Source of the DNA: Candidatus Poribacteria bacterium
GTDB lineage: Bacteria; Poribacteria; WGA-4E; WGA-3G
Assembly (NCBI GenBank): GCA_965242965.1
Contig: OZ251518.1
Coordinates: forward strand, 3,776,001-3,840,000
Direction of reading: 5' to 3'
DNA: 64,000 nt
Position 1 is the stretch's first letter; the number at the start of each line of letters is the position of its first letter. Made by a program: the position numbers and the translations under genes. Under the pieces are notes generated by a model. That model was not told where the DNA came from and made no database searches. It saw only the letters and a list, made by a program, of their open reading frames with translations. Below, one piece after another: positions 35,326 to 44,818 of this stretch.

Positions 35326-37080
35326 ATGGGCCCTCGCCGTGATTTAGCGCATCAAAAAATGGCAACAGAATTTTCTGCTCGAACTCGTGCCCAGACTATA
35401 GAAACCTTAAAGACAGAGTGCTTAGACGTGCTTGTCATCGGCGGCGGTATTGTCGGCGCGGGCATCATCCGTGATTTAGCACTGAACGATGGCATCCGAG
35501 CGGGGCTCATTGAGCAAGGCGATTTTGGCAGCGGGACGAGCAGTGCCACTTCGCAGCTAGTCCACGGCGGGTTTCGGTATCTCTCCAAGGGCGACATTGC
35601 GCTGGTGAAAGCGGCTCGGCGTGAACGAGAGGTGTTGTTACGCATCGCGCCGAGTGTAGTCAGCCCGCTTCCTATCGCCATCCTCTGTTACGCCGGCGAC
35701 AGGTATCCTCTCGCCGGCATCCAGATGGCGGCGCACTACTATAACCATCTGTCGCAGACAGATAGAGCGGAGAAGGCTGAGGTTATCCGTGATGTCGTAG
35801 AAATTCAGCAGCGCCTCGGTTCAATTGAGACGACAGGATTGAAGGGTGCCGCTATCATCTGGGATAGCAAGGTGGACGATGCGCGGCTATGCCTTCTCAC
35901 GTTGCGGGATGCCTATTTGCACGGCGCATCTGTTGCCAATTATGTCCGGTTTCTCGATTTTGTCCGACAAGCCGGTGCCGAGACAGTTGTTCGCGTCGCA
36001 GATAGCATCACCGGCGACGAATTTGAGGTGCGCGCGAAGCACATTGTATCTGCGACGGGCCCTTGGACAGACGGGGTATGGGAGAAGGAACCTGGATATG
36101 ATGGCGTGCCAAAGTTGACTACGCAGCGCGCGAAAGGGATTCACATCCTCGTGCCGCGCTTGCCCGGCAATCACTACGGTATCGCGACGCTCACGCGTTC
36201 AGAGAAATCGCATCACGGAAAACCGCGTGTCATCTTTCTTTTGCCCATAGGCGCAAGCACTGATGAGACAGCGAACGGATACCAAAACCTGTTGCTCATC
36301 GGCACTACGGAGACGCATCCGGACGGAGCACCCGACGCTGTCCGGCCCACCGCTGCGGAAGTGGACTATCTACTCGCCGAAACAAGGCGAGTTTTCCCCA
36401 ACGCCGCGTTGACGCGTGCTGACGTTATTGCTGCTTATGCCGGCATCCGGCCCCTCGTATCTTCTAGGAGAAGCAGGCCGGGCAAAATAGGGCAAAATCC
36501 CCTGAACTTGATAAAATGCCGACGCAACCGCGGGAATGACTATGTCACGAGGGGACATATTATCGCTGAAAGCCCGAGCGGTGTCATGTATATTTACGGT
36601 GGGAAACTGACGACGCATCGGCAGATAGCAGAAGAAACGGTGGACAGACTGGCAGAAAAACTCGGCGTTGCGCGGCACTGCCGGACCGCAATACTGCCGC
36701 TCCTTAACGAGGCACCGGTGAGCAACGTTTGTAATCCCGCAGCGGCGCGCCTTATTCGGCGGTACGGCGACGCTGGTGCCTACACCATCCAGCAGTGGGT
36801 GGATAAGGATGCAACCCTCTCGGAATCTTTGACTGACTCGTTTCCATTCGTCAAAGCGGAGGTTCGCTATGCGTTTTGGGGGGAGATGGCGATGAATCTG
36901 GAAGATTTCCTCTGGCGGCGCACCCGCATCGGACTGACTGCTGGACAAGGCGTTGACATCGCACCCAAAATCGCCGCATTTCTGGGAGAATCCTACGAAT
37001 GGAATGCATCACGCATTGCAGCAGAAGTGGAAACCTATCGCCAACGGATTGCATGGTTGAACGCTGAATTGGGTTCGTAG
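35326..37080 (+). CDS. glpD: FAD-dependent glycerol-3-phosphate dehydrogenase/oxidase
   Basis: IGGGIVGAG, GTSSATSQLVHGGFRYL, DDARL, GIRPL and GGKLTTHR motifs. The real start may be MATEF. Confidence 0.88.
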   Translation: MGPRRDLAHQKMATEFSARTRAQTIETLKTECLDVLVIGGGIVGAGIIRDLALNDGIRAGLIEQGDFGSGTSSATSQLVHGGFRYLSKGDIALVKAARREREVLLRIAPSVVSPLPIAILCYAGDRYPLAGIQMAAHYYNHLSQTDRAEKAEVIRDVVEIQQRLGSIETTGLKGAAIIWDSKVDDARLCLLTLRDAYLHGASVANYVRFLDFVRQAGAETVVRVADSITGDEFEVRAKHIVSATGPWTDGVWEKEPGYDGVPKLTTQRAKGIHILVPRLPGNHYGIATLTRSEKSHHGKPRVIFLLPIGASTDETANGYQNLLLIGTTETHPDGAPDAVRPTAAEVDYLLAETRRVFPNAALTRADVIAAYAGIRPLVSSRRSRPGKIGQNPLNLIKCRRNRGNDYVTRGHIIAESPSGVMYIYGGKLTTHRQIAEETVDRLAEKLGVARHCRTAILPLLNEAPVSNVCNPAAARLIRRYGDAGAYTIQQWVDKDATLSESLTDSFPFVKAEVRYAFWGEMAMNLEDFLWRRTRIGLTAGQGVDIAPKIAAFLGESYEWNASRIAAEVETYRQRIAWLNAELGS

Positions 37081-37087
37081 AAACTGT

Positions 37088-37231
37088 TCGCTAAAATAGG
37101 CACAGAAACGTAGTCATCGACAACGTCAATGATGGATGACGCAGATAGATGTCATCGCCTCGTTAAAATAGGCACAGAAATGTAGTCATTGACAACGTCA
37201 ATGACGGATAACGCAGATAGATGTCATCGCC
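37088..37231 (+). repeat. Tandem 72-bp duplication
   Basis: Two near-identical copies of taaaataggcacagaaaYgtagtcatYgacaacgtcaatgaYggatRacgcagatagatgtcatcgcc. Confidence 0.9.
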
Positions 37232-37270
37232 CCAAGAACGCCAATCGAACGCATTGCGAAAGACAGAAAA

Positions 37271-38263
37271 ATGGAAGTTTATCGCTGGGAAGATAGAAAA
37301 TTTGGGAAACTTGAACCGCTGCGTTTCGGCGCAGAACGGGACTTCGAGGATTTGCTAGAACAAGACCCGAGGCTAGTCCTCGGCGAACCGCTTTGCGTCA
37401 TCAGCAGGCAGCCACCCCTCAGCACGTCAAAACAGAAAATCGATCTACTCGCGTTAGACAGACAGGGGAACTGTGTGATTATTGAACTCAAGCGCGGCCG
37501 CCCCTCGCGCACCGCCATCGCGCAAATTTTGGAATACGCAGCGGGCGTGGCACAACTTGTCTACATTGAACTTGAACAACTGACTTACCGATGGTTTCAA
37601 CAGCAAGGGAAAGAATTCACATCGCTGGCGGCGTTGCATAGCGAATTCTTTGAGTATGCCATCGGCGATATCCCCAACTCGGCGTTCAATCAGAAACAAC
37701 GCCTCGTCCTCGTCTCCGAAGGTGTGGATGCACGCGTGCTGGAAGTTGCCGAATACCTGCGGAGTTTAAACATTGACATCACCTATATCTCCTATTTTTC
37801 CTACCACGCGCCCGATGAAATTTTAGTCGCCACGGAAACCGTCCTCGGCGGAAATGTCCTCAAAGAGGAGGAACGGGCGTATCCGGAGACAGCGCAGCAG
37901 TTTATGACGCAGGAATTGTTCATGGAGACGCTAGCGTCAAACAAGGAATTGCTCAACGTTGCCTCCGAATTCTTCGGGTATGCGACTGCGTGCGGCGCAA
38001 CGGTGCGCCCGCGCATCGCGAAACTCCGCATGACTATCGGCGGAGGCTGGTGGTTAGATACTTACCCCTCAAAACGCGCAACGCACTTTCGAGTTGATGT
38101 CCACGGCGATTTTACACCGCTGCACATTGTAGAGTGCCGCGCGAATTTACCCAATGTAACCGTGAAGAATTTCGGCATCTCTTTTAACATCGCCACCCCT
38201 GAGCAGCTTGAATATGCGGTTGAAGTTTTTGAGCGCATCCGGAATACGATATTGGGCAATTAA
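37271..38263 (+). CDS. NucS/DUF91-like PD-(D/E)XK nuclease-domain protein
   Basis: ERDFEDLL, RQ...IDLLALD...IIELK...QILEYAA motifs. Confidence 0.75.
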   Translation: MEVYRWEDRKFGKLEPLRFGAERDFEDLLEQDPRLVLGEPLCVISRQPPLSTSKQKIDLLALDRQGNCVIIELKRGRPSRTAIAQILEYAAGVAQLVYIELEQLTYRWFQQQGKEFTSLAALHSEFFEYAIGDIPNSAFNQKQRLVLVSEGVDARVLEVAEYLRSLNIDITYISYFSYHAPDEILVATETVLGGNVLKEEERAYPETAQQFMTQELFMETLASNKELLNVASEFFGYATACGATVRPRIAKLRMTIGGGWWLDTYPSKRATHFRVDVHGDFTPLHIVECRANLPNVTVKNFGISFNIATPEQLEYAVEVFERIRNTILGN

Positions 38264-38376
38264 CCAAAACGTCGTTTTTTGTCAGCGAGGGACAGGCCCT
38301 CGTCCTACAGTGACTATGTAGGTTGAGAGCCTGTCCCTCAACACGCCACTTCTCGCACTACGGTGAGAAAAAACTC

Positions 38377-39381
38377 ATGACTTGGATTGACTTTGGCTCA
38401 CCTGAATTCCTCTATTGGCTGTGGAGTGTGCTACCCATCGTCCTCTTGATATGCCTTGGCATCAGGCAGCGGCGGCAGGCGAGCGAACTCTTCCATAGCA
38501 TTCCCAATCCAACCTATGCACGGCGACACAAAATCCAAGCCGCATTGCTGATGGTAAGTTACCTCCTCGTGACATTCGCCATTGCGCGGCCGCAGTTTGG
38601 CGAAAAACAGGAACCGGTGCAACAGCGAGTCGTAGATGTCATGCTCGCGCTGGATATTTCAACGAGTATGCTGGCCGAAGATGGACAAAAAGCAGTTCGG
38701 CTGCGCCGCGCAAAACACGCCATTTTCGCGCTGGTCGAACGGATGCAGGGAAACCGCATCGGACTGCTGCTATTTGCCGAGGCGAGTTTTGTCGTCTGTC
38801 CCTTGACAACGGATGCATCCACACTCAAAGAATTCGTTGCGGCGGTGGAGCCAGTGACGCTTGTTCACAGCGGAACGCAGATTGGGAGTGCAATTGAAAC
38901 CGCAGTTGCTCGGCTGAACCGCGAACGAGACAGGGCGCATAAGGCACTCATCTTGTGGACAGATGGCGAAGACCACGGGGACACAGCAGTTGATGCAGCA
39001 AAAGCGGCAGCGAGTGCCGGTGTGCATGTCTACTGCATCGGCGTTGGAAATCCGGGGCAACCTGCGCCTATTCCGCTGGCAGATGGCGCGGGATATAAGC
39101 GGAATGTCAACGGGCAACTCGTGCTAACCGAACTTGACGAAGAAACGCTACGCGAGGTTGCCGAACAGGGACGCGGACGTTATTATCATGAGACAGAAAT
39201 CTCTCAGCAAAGTGAGCGGCTTGCGGGAGATTTAGCACGGTTGGCGACGCGGCAATTCAAGATGGGGACTCCTGATGGCGGAGGACATGCGGAACGGTTT
39301 CAGTTGTTTGTCGGCATCGCGCTTCTCTTATTGATTGCGGAAATGTTCGTGTCTTTCCAAAAAAGCCCTATCTCACCGTAG
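38377..39381 (+). CDS. VWA domain protein, BatB-like
   Basis: ARPQFG, MIDAS motif LDISTSM, CPLTTD, TDGEDH and ERFQ with a C-terminal TM. Start moved to MTWID. Confidence 0.88.
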   Translation: MTWIDFGSPEFLYWLWSVLPIVLLICLGIRQRRQASELFHSIPNPTYARRHKIQAALLMVSYLLVTFAIARPQFGEKQEPVQQRVVDVMLALDISTSMLAEDGQKAVRLRRAKHAIFALVERMQGNRIGLLLFAEASFVVCPLTTDASTLKEFVAAVEPVTLVHSGTQIGSAIETAVARLNRERDRAHKALILWTDGEDHGDTAVDAAKAAASAGVHVYCIGVGNPGQPAPIPLADGAGYKRNVNGQLVLTELDEETLREVAEQGRGRYYHETEISQQSERLAGDLARLATRQFKMGTPDGGGHAERFQLFVGIALLLLIAEMFVSFQKSPISP

Positions 39382-39650
39382 CCTATCTCTCCGTAGGTTG
39401 AGGGCCTGTCGTTCAACAGGCCGCTCTATCTCGTCGTAGGTTGAGGGCCTGTCCCTCAACAGGCCGCGAATTTGAAATCAGCCGTTTTTCGTATTCTTCC
39501 CAAAACCCCTATTTCCCCGTAGGTTGAGGGCCTGTCCCTCAACAGGCTCCAGATTTGAAAGGAACCGTTTTCACCGGCTCGCGCGGCCGTTTTTCGTTCC
39601 GTCAAAAACCCCTATTTCCCCGTAGGTTGAGGGCCTGTCCCTCAACATGC
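39367..39650 (+). repeat. Array of GTAG-GTTGAGGG-CCTGT-CCCTCAAC REP units
   Basis: Four hairpin copies, each preceded by a ctatYtc-like motif; the gene's own 3' end (cctatctcaccgtag) matches the unit start. Confidence 0.85.
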
Positions 39651-39851
39651 CGCAAAATCGCAGGGATTCTTAGATGAGAGTGTTACATAACTCAATGCTT
39701 TCCCGGTAGGATAGACCTCCTGGTCTCGATTTCTTTGGGTAGGAGAGACCTCCCGGTCTCGATGCATGTCAGACTCGTTCGGGTGCAGGCGCACCCGAAC
39801 TATAGGGCTAGCGTGCGCGCCGCTTATAGTTCAGGAGCACCTGCTCCTGAA

Positions 39852-40106
39852 TTAGTAGTGCTCAGGTCCTTGCAAATGACAGCGGGAGGAGGAAATCGAG
39901 ACCGGGAGGTCTCTCCTGCATTCTATCAGCCGGTCCGAACGATAGATGAGCTCATCAAAAGAGATGCGACCTGCCTCGTAGTCCGCAGCGTCTTTCTCCC
40001 AATGCGAAATGATTTGACCGGCAGGCGGACACGGCGAATGAAACAGGCTATATGCAACACCCACAAGGCACGCAACGATGAAGAGGATACGGAGAAGACG
40101 TTTCAT
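39852..40106 (-). CDS. Small exported or membrane-anchored hypothetical protein with a REP-derived C-terminus
   Basis: MKRLLRILFIVACLVGVAYS signal-like start; follows 40126-40647; the tail CRRDLPVSIS is REP sequence. Confidence 0.45.
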   Translation of the reverse strand: MKRLLRILFIVACLVGVAYSLFHSPCPPAGQIISHWEKDAADYEAGRISFDELIYRSDRLIECRRDLPVSISSSRCHLQGPEHY

Positions 40107-40125
40107 GTTGGGTCTCAAGACCGCG

Positions 40126-40647
40126 TTATTCTTTCATGCGTTTCAAGAAATCTTGAAAGGCTCTGTCTTCGATGCGTTCCTGCCGAAGTTCATCTCGCTT
40201 TTCTTTTGGCCTACGAAAGAAGGCTTCGATCTGTGCCTGCACCACTTCCTCGTCGGTGAGATGTTCGGGTTGCTCGACCGCCCTGTTATAGAGTTCCCGG
40301 GCAGAGATGTGCTTGAGTGGACGTGGTGCACCCTCCGGTGGATAGTCTACGTCCAACGAGTTCCAGAGGGTTCTCCGTTTCCGTCTCGGTTGCGCGTCGC
40401 GGTTGTCATCTGTCACCGTCCTCTCGATGGCGACAGCACCCGTGACAGTCTGCGTCGGTTCCGGTTCCGGGTGCGGTTCGGCATGCCACTCGTCACCATG
40501 CCAATGCCCACCCGGCTCAACCCTCTCCGCCTCTATCCGCTCAATCTCCCTCTCCATCGCCTTCCGCTGCTGCACCTGGCGATACCAGAGGGTGCCACTC
40601 ACAATAATAGCCACTAGCAAGATCCCGATTGTGATGTTTTTTGACAT
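40126..40647 (-). CDS. Membrane-anchored hypothetical protein with a GHWHGDEWH motif
   Basis: N-terminal TM helix, His/Trp motif and AGGAG RBS. Confidence 0.7.
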   Translation of the reverse strand: MSKNITIGILLVAIIVSGTLWYRQVQQRKAMEREIERIEAERVEPGGHWHGDEWHAEPHPEPEPTQTVTGAVAIERTVTDDNRDAQPRRKRRTLWNSLDVDYPPEGAPRPLKHISARELYNRAVEQPEHLTDEEVVQAQIEAFFRRPKEKRDELRQERIEDRAFQDFLKRMKE

Positions 40648-41158
40648 TGTTTTGTCTCCTAATTAGATCGCGAGGGACAGGCCCTCGCGCTACGGTAACG
40701 GGTGACGCTCGCGGGGGAACCCCGCTCGGATGCGCGTGTGGCATCCGAGGGCCCCCGCCCTACGATGAAAAAACGATTCTTAGGTCCGTAGGACCTTAAT
40801 GTCTATAGCCCGCGCGCCCGCGAAGAACGCTAAGGTCCTTTAGGTCCTTAATGTGTTTTGCCATGTCTGCGCGTGTTTTTTATTAAGGACCTAAAGGACC
40901 TTGAAAACAGGACGACACGTGCTGCTATAGACATGTAGGACCTAAAGGACCTAAAACGCCATCTCTTGACGATGGCCAACGCGGGGGACAGGCCCCCGCG
41001 CTACGATAAAAAACGGTTCTTGAGCCATCGCGGGGGAAACCCTCTCGGATGCGCGTATGGCATCCGAGGGCCCCCGCGCTACGGGAACATCGAGACCAGG
41101 AGGTCTCGCCTACCGGGAAGACGTTGAGTTATGAAACACCCTCAAATAATAGGCAGTA

Positions 41159-42634
41159 TCATGTCCTCAGATAAGTCTGCACCCCGCCGTAATGCCGCTC
41201 CGCCTTTGGACGCTCATCCACTTGCCACGGCAAATTCACCGGAATGAGTCCTTCCTCAAAATAGGAATCGGTTATCTGCCAGAATTGCAAGCGCGGGTAG
41301 TGCTTACCGTTGTGTTCAATGAATCCTTCCTCTTCGGCAACGTTGCGCATCCCTCGCGTAACCTCGTGCAAAGTAATGAAAATCCCAATGGCGGCACCGT
41401 TATCCCGCATTGCTGTGCGGAAGGCGCGCACCTGATTCGGGTTTAAACTCCTCCCCGATTTTACCTCGGCTATGACAGGCAGTTTCGTCTGCGCTGCCTC
41501 GGCGAGGTGCCTGTTTTCCCAGAGGGTAATCTTGCCCGTGCCGTCAAACCCGCCATCGTTGCTATTCGGCGTTGGCGCGAGGCCCAATCGGGTAACTGCC
41601 CAGTTCGCGAAATCGTGAGGATTCTGCTCGGCGAGAAGGATGGCATCTTGATGCGTTGTCGGATATCCCTCGATGCGGTAATCGGCGTTCGGACGGAGCC
41701 CATGGCGTTCTCGTAGCCGCCGCTCCATCGGGCCTAAAGCGAGGACAGTGAGCTCAATGCCTACCCAACGCCGCCCGAGGCCGTGTGCGGCATCGACTGT
41801 CGTGCCACAGCCACAGAAGGCATCGAAGACGATGTCACCGGGGTTGGAAGAGGCTTTGATGATGCGTTCAAGGAGCGCGAGCGGTTTCTGAGTGGGATAG
41901 CCGAGGCGTTCTTTGGAGAGATTAATCAACGGCTTGATGTCAGTCCACCAATCGTTAATCGGCGTGCCTTCTTCGCGATAGTGCAACGCACGGGTGCCAC
42001 CCCGGTCGGTGAACCTTTTGCCTGTCACGTTGTGTTCGCCGTAGGGACGATACTCGGTGTTAAAGATGACATCTTTCCCGCGGGCGTATCGCAAAATCAC
42101 GTCGTGTTTGCGCGGGAAATCCTTGCGCGGGATGCCGCCGCCCGCGTAACACCAGATAATCTCGTTCCGAAAATTCGCCGCGCCGAAAACTGCGTCCAGC
42201 ATCACTTTCAGGTAGTGACTCGCGTGCGGGTCACAGTGCAAATAAACGCTGCCATTCGGCTTCAACAACCGCCAAACCTCAGCCACGCGCGGTGCCATGA
42301 AGACGAGATAGGCGCGCATTGATTCATCTGCTCTCGACCCCCCCTTCAAAATTTTGTCAAAACCCGTTAAACAATCTGCTAACTTGTCCATGGTTTCAAC
42401 GAGTTCGGGGTGTCTGCCATCGTAGTAGAGGACGGATGCCTGATTCTCGCGCGCCGCGTCGTCCCACTGCCAGATGTCGTCAAACGCTTTGCGCTGCGCT
42501 TTGGAGCCGGCGAGGAAGATGTTGTAGTTGCGGCCGCTGTTAAACGGCGGATCGAAGTAACAGAGATGATAACTATGAGTTGGCATCTCTCGCATGACGT
42601 TGAGGTTATCGCCGAAATAGAGGGTATTTTCCAT
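41159..42634 (-). CDS. Beta-class N4/N6 DNA methyltransferase fused to a Mrr-like PD-(D/E)XK domain
   Basis: LYFGDNL, DPPFNS, NEIIW, YPTQKP and DAFCGCGTT motifs; C-terminal DGGFDG...EVKSG. Confidence 0.88.
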   Translation of the reverse strand: MENTLYFGDNLNVMREMPTHSYHLCYFDPPFNSGRNYNIFLAGSKAQRKAFDDIWQWDDAARENQASVLYYDGRHPELVETMDKLADCLTGFDKILKGGSRADESMRAYLVFMAPRVAEVWRLLKPNGSVYLHCDPHASHYLKVMLDAVFGAANFRNEIIWCYAGGGIPRKDFPRKHDVILRYARGKDVIFNTEYRPYGEHNVTGKRFTDRGGTRALHYREEGTPINDWWTDIKPLINLSKERLGYPTQKPLALLERIIKASSNPGDIVFDAFCGCGTTVDAAHGLGRRWVGIELTVLALGPMERRLRERHGLRPNADYRIEGYPTTHQDAILLAEQNPHDFANWAVTRLGLAPTPNSNDGGFDGTGKITLWENRHLAEAAQTKLPVIAEVKSGRSLNPNQVRAFRTAMRDNGAAIGIFITLHEVTRGMRNVAEEEGFIEHNGKHYPRLQFWQITDSYFEEGLIPVNLPWQVDERPKAERHYGGVQTYLRT

Positions 42635-42648
42635 AGTTTCGTCTTTCG

Positions 42649-43659
42649 CTACGCTTTTTTGATGAGGCCGCCGGGTCGGAAGCGCATCAGCGCGATGAGA
42701 ATAATGCCGAAGAGCAGGTAGCGCATGCCGCTCAATTGGTAAGGCAGACTGATACGCAGGACTTCGCCGAGGGATGCTAAAATCGCCGCGCCGATGATGG
42801 CGTTCTTAATGCCGCCCATGCCGCCGAGGACTACCATGCAGAGGATGAAAATAGATTCCCAGAATTCAAACGCACTGGCACTGAGATTTATCCGAAACTG
42901 CGCGAAAAACGCGCCGCCGAGCGCGCCGATAGCCGCGCTCACTGCAAATGCCAGCGATTTATAGCGGCTCAGGTTAATCCCCATGCTCTCCGCTGCTTGT
43001 TCATCTTCGCGGATGGCAATCCAGGCTCTGCCGACACGGGAGTGTTGTAACCGATAGGTGACAAGCACCACTAGTGCCAGTAAGACGAGAATGTGGTAAT
43101 AGTTGTGCCAATTCTGGTCCAGGACAACACCGAAGAGTGTCGGTGGTGGAATATCGTGGACAAACCCGTTGGGCCCGCCGATAAGCCCAGTCCAATTTTT
43201 GACGATACGAAACAGCAGTTCTGCGAACCCGAATGTTACGATAGCGAAGTAATCGCCGGTGAGGCGCAGAGTCGGTGCGCCACGTAGGAGTCCCCACAGC
43301 GCGCCGTTCAGCAAAGCAATCGGGAGGACGAGCCAATAATTGACACCGAGCCGCGTCATCAAAAGTCCCGCCGTATAGCCGCCGACGAGATAAAACCCGA
43401 CGTAACCCAAATCCAACAAGCCGGTGAATCCGCACACAATGTTCAGCCCAACGGCGAGGAGCATATAGATGCCCGCCCAAACGATAATCCGCAGCAGGTA
43501 ATCACCACTCGGAATGCTGGTGGGGACAGAGATACCTTGCAAGGACAGCCACTGGATAGTGTAGTCAAGGAGGTAGGTAAGTCCCGGCAGAAAACAGATG
43601 ACGACGAAGAGGATGATGTTTTTCGGTGTTAATTTGTCTCTCATTTTTCTCTTTCGCAA
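42649..43659 (-). CDS. livM: Branched-chain amino acid ABC permease
   Basis: GLNIVCGFTGLLDLG, LRLTGDYFAIVT and GRAWIAIREDE motifs. Confidence 0.9.
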   Translation of the reverse strand: MRKRKMRDKLTPKNIILFVVICFLPGLTYLLDYTIQWLSLQGISVPTSIPSGDYLLRIIVWAGIYMLLAVGLNIVCGFTGLLDLGYVGFYLVGGYTAGLLMTRLGVNYWLVLPIALLNGALWGLLRGAPTLRLTGDYFAIVTFGFAELLFRIVKNWTGLIGGPNGFVHDIPPPTLFGVVLDQNWHNYYHILVLLALVVLVTYRLQHSRVGRAWIAIREDEQAAESMGINLSRYKSLAFAVSAAIGALGGAFFAQFRINLSASAFEFWESIFILCMVVLGGMGGIKNAIIGAAILASLGEVLRISLPYQLSGMRYLLFGIILIALMRFRPGGLIKKA

Positions 43660-43711
43660 TGTGTTCGGCGGACATTACCGATGCAGAGACAGTTCACTTC
43701 TGCGAGCCCTG

Positions 43712-44638
43712 TTAGGCACGGGTGCCTGTCGTTTTTCCAAAGAGTCCCGAGGGCCGAATGAGGATGACAGCAATCATAATAATATAGGCAATCGCCAGCC
43801 GGTACCCGGAGGAAATATAGCCGGCACCTAGCACTTCGGCGAGCCCGATGAGGATACCGCCTATCATCGCGCCAGTGATATTGCCGATGCCGCCAAGCAC
43901 GGCGGCGGCGAACGCGGCGACACCTTTGTAGTAACCCATCGTCGGTTCAATCACTTCGCGCAACCCTACCATCACACCGGCGACGGCACCTAACGCTGAA
44001 CCGATGGCGAACGCCACGGCGATAACGCGGTTCGTCTGGATACCCATCAGATTCGCCGCAACCGGATTCTGCGCGCAGGCACGCATCGCTTTGCCAATTT
44101 TGGTTAAATAGATCAGCCGATTGAGCAAAATCATAAGCACCGCGGCGAACAAAATAATAAAAAGGTCGCGGTAGGGTAAATCCGCACCCCCAGGCAGCGG
44201 AATCGCATTTTCACTTAAGAAGAGAGCCGGGATGGCTTCTTCGGGGAAGGTGCGCTGCCGAGCACCCCAGATAATCCGCGCCAGATTCTGCAGCGCAAGA
44301 GACATACCAATCGCAGTAATTAACGCCGATAATCGTGGTGCCTTGCGCAGCGGCCGATACGCGATAACATCCATCCCCATGCCTATCCCCGCGCAGAGCA
44401 GCATGCAGATAGGCAACGCTACCCAAAACGGCACATGCAACACCGCGACGAGGATAAACGAAAAATAGGCACCAAGCATGAATATCTCGCCGTGGGCGAA
44501 ATTAATCAGCTGGATAATGCCGTAAACCATCGTATAGCCTACCGCGATGAGCGCGTAAATGCCGCCAAGAACCAAACCATTAATAAGTTGTTCTAAAAAT
44601 TGTGCCATAATTTGCAAGGCCGGTAAGGCGAGGGACAA
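43712..44638 (-). CDS. livH: Branched-chain amino acid ABC permease
   Basis: YALIAVGYTMVYGIIQLINFAHGE and GKAMRA motifs. Confidence 0.92.
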   Translation of the reverse strand: MSLALPALQIMAQFLEQLINGLVLGGIYALIAVGYTMVYGIIQLINFAHGEIFMLGAYFSFILVAVLHVPFWVALPICMLLCAGIGMGMDVIAYRPLRKAPRLSALITAIGMSLALQNLARIIWGARQRTFPEEAIPALFLSENAIPLPGGADLPYRDLFIILFAAVLMILLNRLIYLTKIGKAMRACAQNPVAANLMGIQTNRVIAVAFAIGSALGAVAGVMVGLREVIEPTMGYYKGVAAFAAAVLGGIGNITGAMIGGILIGLAEVLGAGYISSGYRLAIAYIIMIAVILIRPSGLFGKTTGTRA

Positions 44639-44818
44639 ACGTTCCTCGCCTTACCGTTTTTTTTATGATGCGCAATGCGTTCGGTGGACATCACCGATGC
44701 AAAGACAGTTCATTTCCCAAGCCGTCTTGACGCGGTCTCTCCGATGGGGATGCATCGAGACCAGGAGGTCTCTCCTACCGGCATGCATCGAAACGTTGTC
44801 AAGACTTGCATCTTGGGA

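Larger units (their letters stand above)
39676..41143. mobile_element. TIR-bounded composite element enclosing two genes
   Basis: 55-bp inverted ends (39676-39730 and 41089-41143; 48/55 identical) of the same family as 10527 and 12615; no target duplication seen. Confidence 0.6.

Noticed and set aside
36455-36545. Possible repeat-derived insertion in GlpD (SSRRSRPGKIGQNPLNLIKCRR)
   Set aside because: This loop is variable in GlpD, and the similarity to the local repeat families is too weak to support.
39367-39650. Regularly recurring palindromic 25-mers resembling a CRISPR array
   Set aside because: Spacing is irregular, the spacers resemble each other, the unit is a GTAG REP also found near 38318, and no cas genes are present.
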